Positions 20,295 to 30,172 of a stretch of DNA of 64,000 nt are shown here, in pieces. The stretch spans positions 114,622 to 178,621 of the forward strand of contig JBMORA010000001.1 of assembly GCA_049320885.1 (NCBI GenBank). The letters run 5' to 3'. Numbering within the stretch: the first letter of the stretch is position 1; each line of letters begins with the position of its first letter. The stretch comes from Thermodesulfobacteriota bacterium (lineage in GTDB: Bacteria; Desulfobacterota; Desulfobacteria; Desulfobacterales; SURF-7). Both the position numbers and the translations under genes were made by a program. The notes under the pieces were generated by a model. That model searched no databases, was not told the origin of the DNA, and saw only the letters and a program-made list of their open reading frames with translations.

Positions 20295-21599
20295 ATGAAA
20301 ACATTGTTGATGATCAGTTACCCGTTTCCTCCCAATGCCACGGCGGGCGCTGTCCGCTCAGAGCGATTCGCCCGGTATCTCCAGGAATTCGGTTGGAGCA
20401 TCGACGTGGTGAGCATCAAGCCAAGGGAGGATCTGTTCGCGGACACGGCCAGGGTCGCCAACCTGGGAGAAAACGTCGGGCTTCATCTGACCTCCACGGT
20501 TGATCCCTGGCTGTGGGCCAGAAACAAGAATCCGAACAATAGAATCCTGCGGGTCCTGCGAAGCCTGATAATGGAACTCTCCGCCTTCCCGGATCATATG
20601 CTGTTCTGGGTCCCCTTCGCCGTCCGCAAGGGACTTGAAATCCATAAACGCAGTCCCGTGGACGCGATCTATACCACATCGCCGCCCCACTCCACTCATC
20701 TGGCCGGGCTGCTGTTGTCCAAAAGGCTGAATATCCCCTGGGTGGCGGATTTCCGTGATCCCTGGACCCTGAACGCCTATCGCCAGGAAGGCTTTCCGAA
20801 AAACACCCTGTCAAAACTGGAACGGTTTCTGGAAAGAAAGGTATATGAAAAGGCGGCCGTGATCCTGGCCAATACCCGCGCCAACCGGAAGAACCTGCTG
20901 GCCGCCTTTCCCTGGCTGGGTGAGGATAAAGTCCAGTACCTGCCCAACGGCTGGGAGGAGTTTCCCGACCAGTTCTATTCCAAGGGACGAAACGAGGTTT
21001 TCACCATCGTGCATGCCGGAACCTTCTACCCGCGCTTCCGTCCCTACGGCCTTTTTCATGCCCTGGCGACCTGGCGGGACGGGAAGCAGCCGCCGGCTGT
21101 TCCGGAACTGGACAAATCCATCCGCATTGTCCTGCTGGGCGCCAGAGATGCGGAAACCAGAAAGACCGTCCAGAATCTCGGCCTCGAAGACTGGGTGGAA
21201 ATCAGGCCCTGGGTGGCTCTGGAGGAGGCCCGCAAAATCATGTGCAGCGCCGATCTCCTCTGGGCTACCCTGGGAACCGGCAGGGAGAGCGCCACCTATG
21301 TTCCTTCCAAACTGTTCGAATACATGGCGGCCCAAAAGCCGATCCTGGGTTTTTTCCCGGAAGGAGACGCCTCCGGCCTCATCCGGGAAACGCGCACCGG
21401 CGTGGTTTTCACCGCCGATGACCCGGGCCCGGTGATTGAATTCCTGTGGAAAATGAAATCCGCGCCGGCGAATGAATGGAAGGGGGGAAGCCGAATCCAT
21501 GACCCAAACGACCCCATGGCCGGGTATCATATCCGAGCCATTACCGGGAATCTGGCCGGTATCCTGGAGGAGATTAGCCAGGGGAAAAGCCGGTCATAA
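20295..21599 (+). CDS. Glycosyltransferase family 4-like
   Basis: MISYPFPP, TSPPHSTH, WVADFRDPW, LPNG, HAGTFY, PSKLFEYM. Confidence 0.88.
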   Translation: MKTLLMISYPFPPNATAGAVRSERFARYLQEFGWSIDVVSIKPREDLFADTARVANLGENVGLHLTSTVDPWLWARNKNPNNRILRVLRSLIMELSAFPDHMLFWVPFAVRKGLEIHKRSPVDAIYTTSPPHSTHLAGLLLSKRLNIPWVADFRDPWTLNAYRQEGFPKNTLSKLERFLERKVYEKAAVILANTRANRKNLLAAFPWLGEDKVQYLPNGWEEFPDQFYSKGRNEVFTIVHAGTFYPRFRPYGLFHALATWRDGKQPPAVPELDKSIRIVLLGARDAETRKTVQNLGLEDWVEIRPWVALEEARKIMCSADLLWATLGTGRESATYVPSKLFEYMAAQKPILGFFPEGDASGLIRETRTGVVFTADDPGPVIEFLWKMKSAPANEWKGGSRIHDPNDPMAGYHIRAITGNLAGILEEISQGKSRS

Positions 21600-21615
21600 A
21601 AAGAAAGGAAACCAT

Positions 21616-22974
21616 ATGCCTTCGCTGCATGGCCGCATCATTCATAAAATTCTGTTCCCATTGAATGAAAAACGAGAGGGAACCAATATCCTGGGAGCCC
21701 TGGAGGTGCTCGAGAAAAGCCAGTACTGGTCACGGGAACGGCTGGCGGAGTGGCAGTTCAACCGCCTGAAGCTGGTGTTGAACCAGGCCTATGAGCACAC
21801 GGTTTTGTACCGCAGGAGATTCGACGAGATCGGCTTTCACCCCCGGGATTTCCGCGATTTTTCGGATTTACGGAAACTCCCCCTGCTGCGAAAAATGGAT
21901 TTGAAAAACCACCTGAACGAATTGATCGCCGACAACTATCCGGAAAAAGACATCCATGAAAGCACCACCGGCGGCACCACGGCGGATTATACGGTTTTTT
22001 ACCGCGATAACGCGAGCCTGAACTTCAAACTGGCCTCCACCATGCGCCACGACCGCTGGTGCGGATGGGACATCGGGGAAAAGGAGGCGATTGTCTGGCC
22101 GGCTTCCATTGATTTCCGCGGTGAAAAGAACTGGAAATCCTTTATCAGAAACCAGCTGCTGGACAGAAGATTGCGAATTTTCGCCGGCGTGCTGGATGAA
22201 AAGACCCTGCATGACATCTGCCGGCAACTGGAACGGTTCAGGCCTTGCCTGATGCGCGGATTCCCGAATCCCATTTCCGTCATGGCGGATTTCATCGAAT
22301 CCGGAAACCGCTATCATATCCAGCCGGGCGCCATCAAATCCGTTGGGGAGCCCTTGAGCAGCCGGGCCAGAGAACAATTCAAAAAGGTCTTCCACTGCGA
22401 TGTATTCGATTACTATCTGTCGCGGGAATCCGGCACCATCGCCAGTGAATGCGAGAAGCATTTCAAGATGCACATGAACGCCGAAACCCTCTATATCGAA
22501 TTTTTAAAGAACGGTCAGCCGGTGGAAAACGGGGAATCCGGCGATGTGGTTGTCACGGATCTGTTCAACCTCGGAATGCCATTTATCCGCTACCAGGTAG
22601 GGGATATCGGCGCGCCGGTTCAGGGTTCATGCACGTGTGGACGCACCCTGCCGCTCATGGAAATGGGCGCCGGCAGGGAGTCGGATTACCTGATTTCCCC
22701 CCATGACGGCTCCCTGATCATGGGCCTTTCCCTCCTGGTGCCCCTGGTCGAAAACCCCAAAGTGGGCCAGCTCCAGATCATTCAGGACGAGCGCGATCAT
22801 ATCATCCTGCGGATCGCCAAGGACAAGGATTTCCAAACCGAAAACATGACGCTCCTCGAAAAGACCATCGGCAATATCTTCCATGGGAAAATGCGGTTTA
22901 CGGTCGAATTCGTCGACGCCATCCCCCATGACAAATCCGGGAAGTATCGTTTCGCCATTCGAAAAGAATTCTGA
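21616..22974 (+). CDS. Phenylacetate-CoA ligase/CapK-like adenylate-forming enzyme
   Basis: LPLLRK, TTGGTT, GE, Y.SRE.G, VVTDL.N..MPFIRYQVGD, GR, SGKYR; RBS aaagga. Confidence 0.85.
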   Translation: MPSLHGRIIHKILFPLNEKREGTNILGALEVLEKSQYWSRERLAEWQFNRLKLVLNQAYEHTVLYRRRFDEIGFHPRDFRDFSDLRKLPLLRKMDLKNHLNELIADNYPEKDIHESTTGGTTADYTVFYRDNASLNFKLASTMRHDRWCGWDIGEKEAIVWPASIDFRGEKNWKSFIRNQLLDRRLRIFAGVLDEKTLHDICRQLERFRPCLMRGFPNPISVMADFIESGNRYHIQPGAIKSVGEPLSSRAREQFKKVFHCDVFDYYLSRESGTIASECEKHFKMHMNAETLYIEFLKNGQPVENGESGDVVVTDLFNLGMPFIRYQVGDIGAPVQGSCTCGRTLPLMEMGAGRESDYLISPHDGSLIMGLSLLVPLVENPKVGQLQIIQDERDHIILRIAKDKDFQTENMTLLEKTIGNIFHGKMRFTVEFVDAIPHDKSGKYRFAIRKEF

Positions 22975-22975
22975 A

Positions 22976-24166
22976 ATGGATATGCGTGAACCTCCAGCAG
23001 CCATGCCATCCACCTCCCCGGGGCGCGGCATCCGCTTGACGGCGGTTGGCGATGTTTCCTTCCAGGGGAAAAACGCCGACACCCCTGCCCTGTCCGCTTT
23101 TTCATCCATTTTGCCGTATTTTTCAGGGGACGCGAACCTGGTGATCGCGAATCTGGAAAACCCGGTCCTGGAAAACGGCGCCGCAACCCCCGGCAAATGC
23201 ACCCTCCGGGGGGCTGTCGGCTGGGCCGATGTGATGAAGCAGGCCGGGATCCGGCTGGTATCCCTGGCCAACAACCACATGATGGATTACGGCGCCGCAG
23301 GGCTATCCAGCACCATTGCCGCGCTGGAAAAGGCCGGCATCGATTTTGTCGGAGCAGGGGAAAACCGGACCGAAGCGCTTGCGCCCGTTTATATCGACCA
23401 TCAGGGCCAACGGATCGCCTTTCTGGCCAGAAGCGATGTTTTTGTCGCCTCCCACTGCTTTGCCACCGACGAACTCCCGGGCGTGGCCTTTTTCGACCTG
23501 GAGGAAACCAGGCGGAGCATCGCCGCCTGCCGCCGGCAATCGGATTTGGTGGTGCTTCTGCTGCACTGGGGCCTGGAACATTATCTCTACCCCTCCCCCG
23601 GACAGCGCCGGACTGCCGCGGAATTGATCAGCGCCGGCGCCGGCCTGATTCTGGGGCATCATCCCCATGTGTTGCAAGGCACGGAGCGCATCGGCAAAGG
23701 TCTGGTCTGCTACAGCCAGGGAAATTTTCTTTTTGACGAAGTGGAATGGTCGCTGCCGGATGGAAACGGCAACAGACGGACATTGACGGTGCACTTGAGC
23801 GCGGAAAACCGCCGGGGCGGGATCCTGGGAGTCGAATGGATACCCGGAGAGGGGATCACGGCCACCGATTTTCACCCCACCTTCATCCGGCCGGAGGGCT
23901 TGGTCGCGGCCGAGGATACAGTGGATCGACGCAGACATTATGACCGCTTGTGTTCCCGATTACACTGGCCCGGTTACGGGCTCTGGTGGCGGCTGTATTC
24001 CCTGAAACGGGAAATGGAACTGAGAATCCTGCCCCTCTTCCGGGACAAATTGACCTGGCGGAAATTGCGCAAACTGCGGCTGCGTCATTTCCGGGAGCTG
24101 CGGGACAAGCTGCGCCGTTCCGCCAGGATATCCGCCGGGAAATCCAAAAGCCCCTATGATGGGTAA
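22976..24166 (+). CDS. CapA family metallophosphatase (poly-gamma-glutamate CapA-like)
   Basis: AVGD, ANLE, SLANNH..DYG, LHWG.E, GHHPHVLQ, YSQGNFLF. Confidence 0.88.
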   Translation: MDMREPPAAMPSTSPGRGIRLTAVGDVSFQGKNADTPALSAFSSILPYFSGDANLVIANLENPVLENGAATPGKCTLRGAVGWADVMKQAGIRLVSLANNHMMDYGAAGLSSTIAALEKAGIDFVGAGENRTEALAPVYIDHQGQRIAFLARSDVFVASHCFATDELPGVAFFDLEETRRSIAACRRQSDLVVLLLHWGLEHYLYPSPGQRRTAAELISAGAGLILGHHPHVLQGTERIGKGLVCYSQGNFLFDEVEWSLPDGNGNRRTLTVHLSAENRRGGILGVEWIPGEGITATDFHPTFIRPEGLVAAEDTVDRRRHYDRLCSRLHWPGYGLWWRLYSLKREMELRILPLFRDKLTWRKLRKLRLRHFRELRDKLRRSARISAGKSKSPYDG

Positions 24167-24168
24167 CT

Positions 24169-25218
24169 ATGCCACTCGCGACCTCTGAGACGGACCCGCT
24201 CCTGATCCACTTCCTGACATCCGGGGAAGAACCGGATTTACTGCGTTTTTATCAGGCCAATCTGGATAGATACGACCTGTTTCAGACGCTGTGGTCCTGG
24301 CGGAACGGCAATGCCGGCGCTTCGGGCGGCGAAACGGCCGTGATCGCCGGGCGGGAAAACCGGCTGGTGGGCGCCGTGGGTATTGTGCCGGTGGATATGC
24401 GGATCAACGGGGAGCCCATCCGGGCTTCCTGGCAGCAGGACTCGCTCATCGCCGCCTCGGAACGGGGAAAAGGCGTGGGCAAAAAGCTGGTATCGGCCGC
24501 GGCCGAACCTTACGACCTGGTCATGGCCAAGGGCACCAGCCGGGCCATGTATGGTTTGCGCAAAAGCATGGGCTACAGCGACGTGCCGTATTCGGATTAT
24601 CTGCTGGCGGTAAATTCCCCGGAAACCCGCCTGAAGCATCCTGCCAAAAGCCTGCTGTTCCGGATGCTGTGGCTTTGGAAACAACTCCTGCCGCTTCCCC
24701 GGGAAAACGCCGATTTGCCGGTCAGGGAGATCAGCGCCTTTGAGGAGGCAGCCTACGACCACCTGGCCGAAAAAATGAGCCGCGGGGGGACGTTCGGTCC
24801 GTATAAAAGCGCGGCCTATCTGAACTGGCGATATATGGCCTGCCCGGTAAAACAGTACACGGTTTTTCAAGCCGGAAACGATGACCCTCGCGGCGCCGTT
24901 GTTCTGGGCTTTTCAGCAGAAGCCCCCATGGACGGCTGGGTGGTCGATTTGATCTGCCCTTCGGATGACAAACAGTGCGCATGCCGGCTGTTGACCGCGG
25001 CCATGCGATTTTTCAAACAGCGACGGTTCAACAAGATCTGGACCTTTGCGACCCTGCCCGCAGCACGCCGGTGGCTGCTGCGTTTCGGTTTTGTGCCCAC
25101 GCGGATTTCCCCCCGTTTTACCTGCAAATTCAAGGACGAGTCCCGAACGCCGGCCTCCTCTCCGGATATTCCATGGAATATCTGGCACGGCGACGGGGAT
25201 CTCGAACTATATCTCTGA
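24169..25218 (+). CDS. GNAT family N-acetyltransferase (two-domain)
   Basis: RGKGVGKKL acetyl-CoA-binding motif, YLNWRY, C-terminal GDGD. Confidence 0.72.
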   Translation: MPLATSETDPLLIHFLTSGEEPDLLRFYQANLDRYDLFQTLWSWRNGNAGASGGETAVIAGRENRLVGAVGIVPVDMRINGEPIRASWQQDSLIAASERGKGVGKKLVSAAAEPYDLVMAKGTSRAMYGLRKSMGYSDVPYSDYLLAVNSPETRLKHPAKSLLFRMLWLWKQLLPLPRENADLPVREISAFEEAAYDHLAEKMSRGGTFGPYKSAAYLNWRYMACPVKQYTVFQAGNDDPRGAVVLGFSAEAPMDGWVVDLICPSDDKQCACRLLTAAMRFFKQRRFNKIWTFATLPAARRWLLRFGFVPTRISPRFTCKFKDESRTPASSPDIPWNIWHGDGDLELYL

Positions 25219-25229
25219 GGCAACCGACT

Positions 25230-26342
25230 ATGAATGAAACCATCCGGTTGACCTATCTGGTGGATTTTTTCAGGACCGTGCAGGCCGGCACCGAAACGCA
25301 ACTGGCGCATCTCCTGACCCATCTGCCCCGGACCGGATACCGCATTCATCTTCTCTCCTTTCAGGACAGCCCGTTTCTACAGGAAACCGCCCCGAAAATG
25401 TTCCCGGAAATCGCCATCACCACCCTCGGCGCCCGGGCGGACATGTCCAAATCCTTGTTTTCCCTGTGGCGCCTCTATCGGATTCTGCGGGATACCCGTC
25501 CGAATATGGTTCACACCTTTTTTCATGCCGCCAACAGCCTCGGAGTGATGATCGCCCGAGTGGCCGGTGTCCGCCAGGTGATTTCCTCGCGGCGGGACAT
25601 GGCCTTCAATATCACTTCCCGGGATCTGGTGTTGCTACGGATCGCCGACAGATTCGTGTCCTGTGTCATCTGCAACGCCCGGGCGGTCCGGAACAAGGCC
25701 ATGCAATCGGAAGGACTGCGGGAGGACAAGACGCGGATCATCTATAACGGCATCGCCGTGGAAAACTACTCTCCTTCGGATCGCATCTGTCAGGAGACCG
25801 CGCCGGTCATCGGGATCGTCGCCAATCTGAACCGGGAGGTGAAACGGGTGGATCTGTTCATCCAGGCAGCGGCCATGGTGCATCAAAGCCATCCCCGGGC
25901 CCGATTCTGGGTCGTCGGGGACGGCCATCTGCGTGCCGGCCTGGAAAAGCTGGCCCGGGAGTCGGGCCTGCAATCCGCCATTCAATTTTGGGGCCGGCGG
26001 GCCGATGTTCCGACCTTGCTCAAGGAGATGTCCATCGGGGTGATTTGTTCCGATTCAGAGGGATTTTCCAATGCGGTCATGGAATACATGGCCGCCGGCC
26101 TGGCCGTCATCACCACGGATTCAGGCGGCGCCGGGGAAATCATCCGCCATGGCCAGACCGGGATGCTCGTAGCGCCAGGCGATGCGCCAGGTCTGGTCGC
26201 TGCCATCCGGCGGATGCTGGATGAGCCGGACGCAGCCGCCGATCTTGCCCGGGCCGGTCATGCAGCGGTCCACAAACAGTTTTCCGTGGAGCGGATGCTC
26301 CAAGAAACCGACACGGTGTACCGGAATCTCATGCTGTCATGA
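25230..26342 (+). CDS. Glycosyltransferase family 4
   Basis: AGTE, SSRRD, IYNG, VANL...K, GDG, SEGFSNAVMEYMAAG. Confidence 0.9.
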   Translation: MNETIRLTYLVDFFRTVQAGTETQLAHLLTHLPRTGYRIHLLSFQDSPFLQETAPKMFPEIAITTLGARADMSKSLFSLWRLYRILRDTRPNMVHTFFHAANSLGVMIARVAGVRQVISSRRDMAFNITSRDLVLLRIADRFVSCVICNARAVRNKAMQSEGLREDKTRIIYNGIAVENYSPSDRICQETAPVIGIVANLNREVKRVDLFIQAAAMVHQSHPRARFWVVGDGHLRAGLEKLARESGLQSAIQFWGRRADVPTLLKEMSIGVICSDSEGFSNAVMEYMAAGLAVITTDSGGAGEIIRHGQTGMLVAPGDAPGLVAAIRRMLDEPDAAADLARAGHAAVHKQFSVERMLQETDTVYRNLMLS

Positions 26343-27370
26343 CCATCTCCAAACATCGCATCGCCCTGTGGACCGGCCTTCCCGCGCTGCTGAATATCTA
26401 TCACCGTCATAGGCTTCTGGTGGTGACTTATCACGGGGTGTATGGCGGCCCGGATGACGCCGGCCATGTCTATCCAGACACGTTTGTGCACGTGGACCAG
26501 ATGGAAGCGCAGCTGACTTATCTCCGGCGACGGTACCGGGTCATTTCTCCGGAAGAGCTGTTGCAATCCATAAAGTCCCGGACACCGTTGCCGGTGCATG
26601 CGGCCTTGGTGACCTTCGACGACGCCTATGTCAATTTCAAACGCCTGGCCTTTCCCGTTCTGAAGCGCCTGGGAATCACCCCCATTGTTTTTGTTCCCAC
26701 CTATTATGTCGAAAACCAGGTGCCCCTTTGGTATGATCTGGTATGGTATTATTGTGGCCGTTCGCCGAGACCAGATTTGGAACCCATCGGCCGGAAATTG
26801 CGCATCCAATTACAAGACTTGCAGCCGGAGCAGATGTCAGCGGCCTGCCTCGGAGTTTTGAAACGTTTTGATTTCGCAGCCCGTTCTGAAATCATACAGG
26901 ATATTTCCAATGCCATGAACCGCGATGGAATGTCCCCTGCGGAAGAGTTGGCCGATTTTTTGGTGCTGCAGGCGGATGAGTTGCGGGAATTGAGCAAGGA
27001 AGGGGTATGCTTCGGCGGCCACACCCATACCCATACCATACTGACCTCCATGGAGCACGCTGCCGCCCATGAGGAAATCCGCCTGAACAAATCCCGTTTG
27101 GAAACAATTCTGGGCCAAACCGTTCATTTTTTTGCCTACCCCAACGGCTCTGAAAACGATTTCACCCGGCAGCATGAAAAAATGCTGCAACAGACCGGCT
27201 ATGCGGGCGCTTTCACGCTGAATCAGACTCGCAGCAGTCATCCTGAAAATCCGATGGCCATTTCTCGCATTCACGTTGCGCCGGAAGATACGATGGATTC
27301 TTTTCGAATGCATTGCACAGGGATCGTGCCGATCATTAATAAAGCCCGGTATCATTTGAGCTGCTCTTAA
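26339..27370 (+). CDS. Polysaccharide deacetylase (CE4/NodB-type)
   Basis: TYHGV, VTFDDAY, GGHTHTH, FAYPNG. Confidence 0.88.
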   Translation: MTISKHRIALWTGLPALLNIYHRHRLLVVTYHGVYGGPDDAGHVYPDTFVHVDQMEAQLTYLRRRYRVISPEELLQSIKSRTPLPVHAALVTFDDAYVNFKRLAFPVLKRLGITPIVFVPTYYVENQVPLWYDLVWYYCGRSPRPDLEPIGRKLRIQLQDLQPEQMSAACLGVLKRFDFAARSEIIQDISNAMNRDGMSPAEELADFLVLQADELRELSKEGVCFGGHTHTHTILTSMEHAAAHEEIRLNKSRLETILGQTVHFFAYPNGSENDFTRQHEKMLQQTGYAGAFTLNQTRSSHPENPMAISRIHVAPEDTMDSFRMHCTGIVPIINKARYHLSCS

Positions 27371-27396
27371 TATGAGCAGGGAGCCCATATTATTCC

Positions 27397-28857
27397 ATGG
27401 TTTTCAACTCACTGTCATTTTTTTTGTTTTTTAGTATTGTACTGGCTCTTTATTACAGCCTGCGGCATCACCTGCAGAATCGCATGCTGCTGGTGGCCAA
27501 TTATGTTTTTTACGGCTGGTGGGACTGGAGATTTCTGTCCTTGATCATGATCATCACGGCGATAAACTACTATTGCGGAAAGATGATCTTTCTTCACAAC
27601 AACCGCCAGGGAAAAAAGAAATACCTGTATCTCAGTATTGCCGCGAACCTGGCGCCTTTGGCTTTTTTTAAGTACTGCAATTTTTTTATCGGCTCTTTTG
27701 CCCAAATATTATCAACGTTCGGGTGGAGTGTCAGCCTGCCGGTATTACATGTCCTGCTGCCTGTCGGGATTTCTTTCTATACGTTTCAGGCCATGACGTA
27801 TACCATTGACATTTACTATAATAAACTAAAGCCGGTTGATGATGTCCTTACCTTCGCCCTGTACGTGTCTTTTTTCCCTCAATTGCTCTCCGGCCCCATT
27901 GAGCGCGCCCGTGAGCTGCTGCCGCAGATAGAAAAACCGCGATCGTTTCAAAAAGAATCATTTATAAGCGGATTGCAGCTGATCTATTGGGGACTTTTTA
28001 AAAAAATATTTGTGGCCGACAATCTGGGGGTCATTGTTGATCGCATCTATGCAGCGCCCTCGGCAAGCGGGATGGAATATATCGTTGCAACCTGGGCATT
28101 TGCCTGGCAGCTATTCTGCGATTTTTCAGGATACACGGATATGGCCCGGGGGGTGGCCAAATGCATGGGGTTTGAACTGCAACGAAATTTTCGCCAGCCA
28201 TATTTTGTAACCAATCCCAGCGATTTCTGGAGGCATTGGCACATCAGTTTCTCCTCCTGGCTGAGGGATTATCTGTATATCCCACTTGGCGGAAACCGGT
28301 TTAGAAAATACATGACCTATCGCAATCTCATGATCACCATGCTCCTGGGTGGTCTCTGGCATGGCGCCAACTGGACTTTTGTGCTATGGGGGGCCTTTCA
28401 CGGCGCGCTCTTGTGTCTGTTTCGAATGGCAAGGGACTTCCAACTGACGGCAGAATCAAAACAACACTCGCCGGCAATTTATTTATTCAAAGCGTTCCTG
28501 ATGTTTCAGATCACTTGTATCGGCTGGTTTTTTTTCCGAGCCACCGATATTCATCAAATCCTGATGATTTTTCAACAGATGTGGGCTTTTGAATTCCTCA
28601 GCTGGACAACGGATGAAAAGGCCCTGCAAGCCTTACGCGATGTTTTGTTCTTTGCAGGCGCCCCCTGTATCGTGATGGCGGCGGTTGCATTGAAAAATGC
28701 ATCCCAATCGGAGGAAGCGCTGATCGGGTGCAGCAGCGACCTGGCCATACTGGATAAACAGCCTTTGGTGTTGAAAAGCGCTGCATATGGCGTTTTTTCT
28801 TACCTGCTGTGTTTTTACGGTGCCAAAGCACAATCCTTTATCTATTTTCAATTCTAG
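27397..28857 (+). CDS. MBOAT family O-acyltransferase (AlgI-like)
   Basis: MVFNS, LPVGISFYTFQ, FFPQLLSGPIER, DFSGYTD, FWRHWHIS, DYLYIPLGG, GLWHGA. Confidence 0.93.
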   Translation: MVFNSLSFFLFFSIVLALYYSLRHHLQNRMLLVANYVFYGWWDWRFLSLIMIITAINYYCGKMIFLHNNRQGKKKYLYLSIAANLAPLAFFKYCNFFIGSFAQILSTFGWSVSLPVLHVLLPVGISFYTFQAMTYTIDIYYNKLKPVDDVLTFALYVSFFPQLLSGPIERARELLPQIEKPRSFQKESFISGLQLIYWGLFKKIFVADNLGVIVDRIYAAPSASGMEYIVATWAFAWQLFCDFSGYTDMARGVAKCMGFELQRNFRQPYFVTNPSDFWRHWHISFSSWLRDYLYIPLGGNRFRKYMTYRNLMITMLLGGLWHGANWTFVLWGAFHGALLCLFRMARDFQLTAESKQHSPAIYLFKAFLMFQITCIGWFFFRATDIHQILMIFQQMWAFEFLSWTTDEKALQALRDVLFFAGAPCIVMAAVALKNASQSEEALIGCSSDLAILDKQPLVLKSAAYGVFSYLLCFYGAKAQSFIYFQF

Positions 28858-28906
28858 TCAATTCCTGTTGCCGACTTGCTGAAAATGGTATCTATGCTGG
28901 AAACGA

Positions 28907-30073
28907 ATGGATCGCAGCTCCTCTACTTATAAGCAGTTCGAAAGTAAAAAAGGCCATCGGATTTTCCGTGCAATTTTGGCCGTATCCTTTTTTTTTGTCA
29001 GCATGGAAATCACTGCCCGAATCGACGATTTTGCAAAATACCGTGCTCCGTTTTGGGAAAAGTATACTGCCGATAGACTGCGTTCAAGAGATCGGAACGG
29101 AATTCGCCATAACGTACCCGGGAGTCGTTTTGAGAAATGGATCATCAATGCTTCCGGTTTTCGCGGTCCGGAAATTGCTGTCAAAAAAAAGGCGGGAATC
29201 AAGCGAATTGTCTGCATGGGAACTTCCGAAACCTTCGGTTTATATGAACCCTCCGGTCAAGAGTGGCCGTCACAATTATCCTCATTGCTGAGCAAATATC
29301 ATGGATATGAAGTCATCAATACAGCCGTGGTAGGTCTCGAATTGGGCCTATACCAACCGTATATCCAGCAATATATTATTAATTTTCAACCAAATATCAT
29401 CATTCTGATGATCAACCCCTTTTCCTATGCCAGCGGGAGATATCGACGAGAAGCGGCATCTGAACAAGATCCAAATCACACTCCACAACAAGTGAAAAAT
29501 CGACCGGGCATGGATTTATCGGGAGTTTCAGGGATTATCGATGGTTTGAGATTGCCGTCCAAGATGAAACAGACATTCAAGCAGCTGATTCCGGAATCCG
29601 TATTGGCCACCTACCAACTATGGAATATGCGATGTCAAGTGAGTGCCATAGAGACTATTCGGTTGAAAGGAAAAAGCCCGAGCGATCACGCCTCCCCGGA
29701 AGGTCTCGCTCTCTTCCAAGCCAGAATCGAAGAGTTGATCAACTATCTGACTGAAAACCATATTAAAGTTATCCTGTGTTCTTACCCTGTATTGATCGAT
29801 GCCGACAATATCGATCAATACCCGGCTGTCTTTTGGGACCATCGCAGATTCTACGTGGAACTTTCCTTTAAAGGGCTTATCGACGCTTCCATTCAATGTA
29901 ATCAGGCCCTGCGGATCATGGCCGAAAGGCACCAAATCGCTTTTGTCGATCTTGACAGGGCAATTCCAAATGATATGGACCATTTTGGGGATAATGTCCA
30001 CTACACGGGTAAAGGCGCGAAACTTGTTGCCATGGAGTTGGAGAGGCAACTGGTTTCTGCACCCTCCATGTAA
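28907..30073 (+). CDS. SGNH/GDSL hydrolase-like protein (probable acetylation partner of the MBOAT)
   Basis: N-terminal TM, INASGFRG, GTSETFG (block I-like), VINTAV.G, DNVHY (DxxH). Confidence 0.7.
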   Translation: MDRSSSTYKQFESKKGHRIFRAILAVSFFFVSMEITARIDDFAKYRAPFWEKYTADRLRSRDRNGIRHNVPGSRFEKWIINASGFRGPEIAVKKKAGIKRIVCMGTSETFGLYEPSGQEWPSQLSSLLSKYHGYEVINTAVVGLELGLYQPYIQQYIINFQPNIIILMINPFSYASGRYRREAASEQDPNHTPQQVKNRPGMDLSGVSGIIDGLRLPSKMKQTFKQLIPESVLATYQLWNMRCQVSAIETIRLKGKSPSDHASPEGLALFQARIEELINYLTENHIKVILCSYPVLIDADNIDQYPAVFWDHRRFYVELSFKGLIDASIQCNQALRIMAERHQIAFVDLDRAIPNDMDHFGDNVHYTGKGAKLVAMELERQLVSAPSM

Positions 30074-30172
30074 ACAGCTTTATTCGTCGCATGCAACATA
30101 CGTCTTCGGTGATCTGTTTTGCAACCAGCCGGGCGCCTGACCAAAAACCATTATTGAAAAAAGAGAACATCC

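Noticed and set aside
22976..24166. Poly-gamma-glutamate capsule operon
   Set aside because: Only a CapA-family gene is present; no CapB/CapC recognised.
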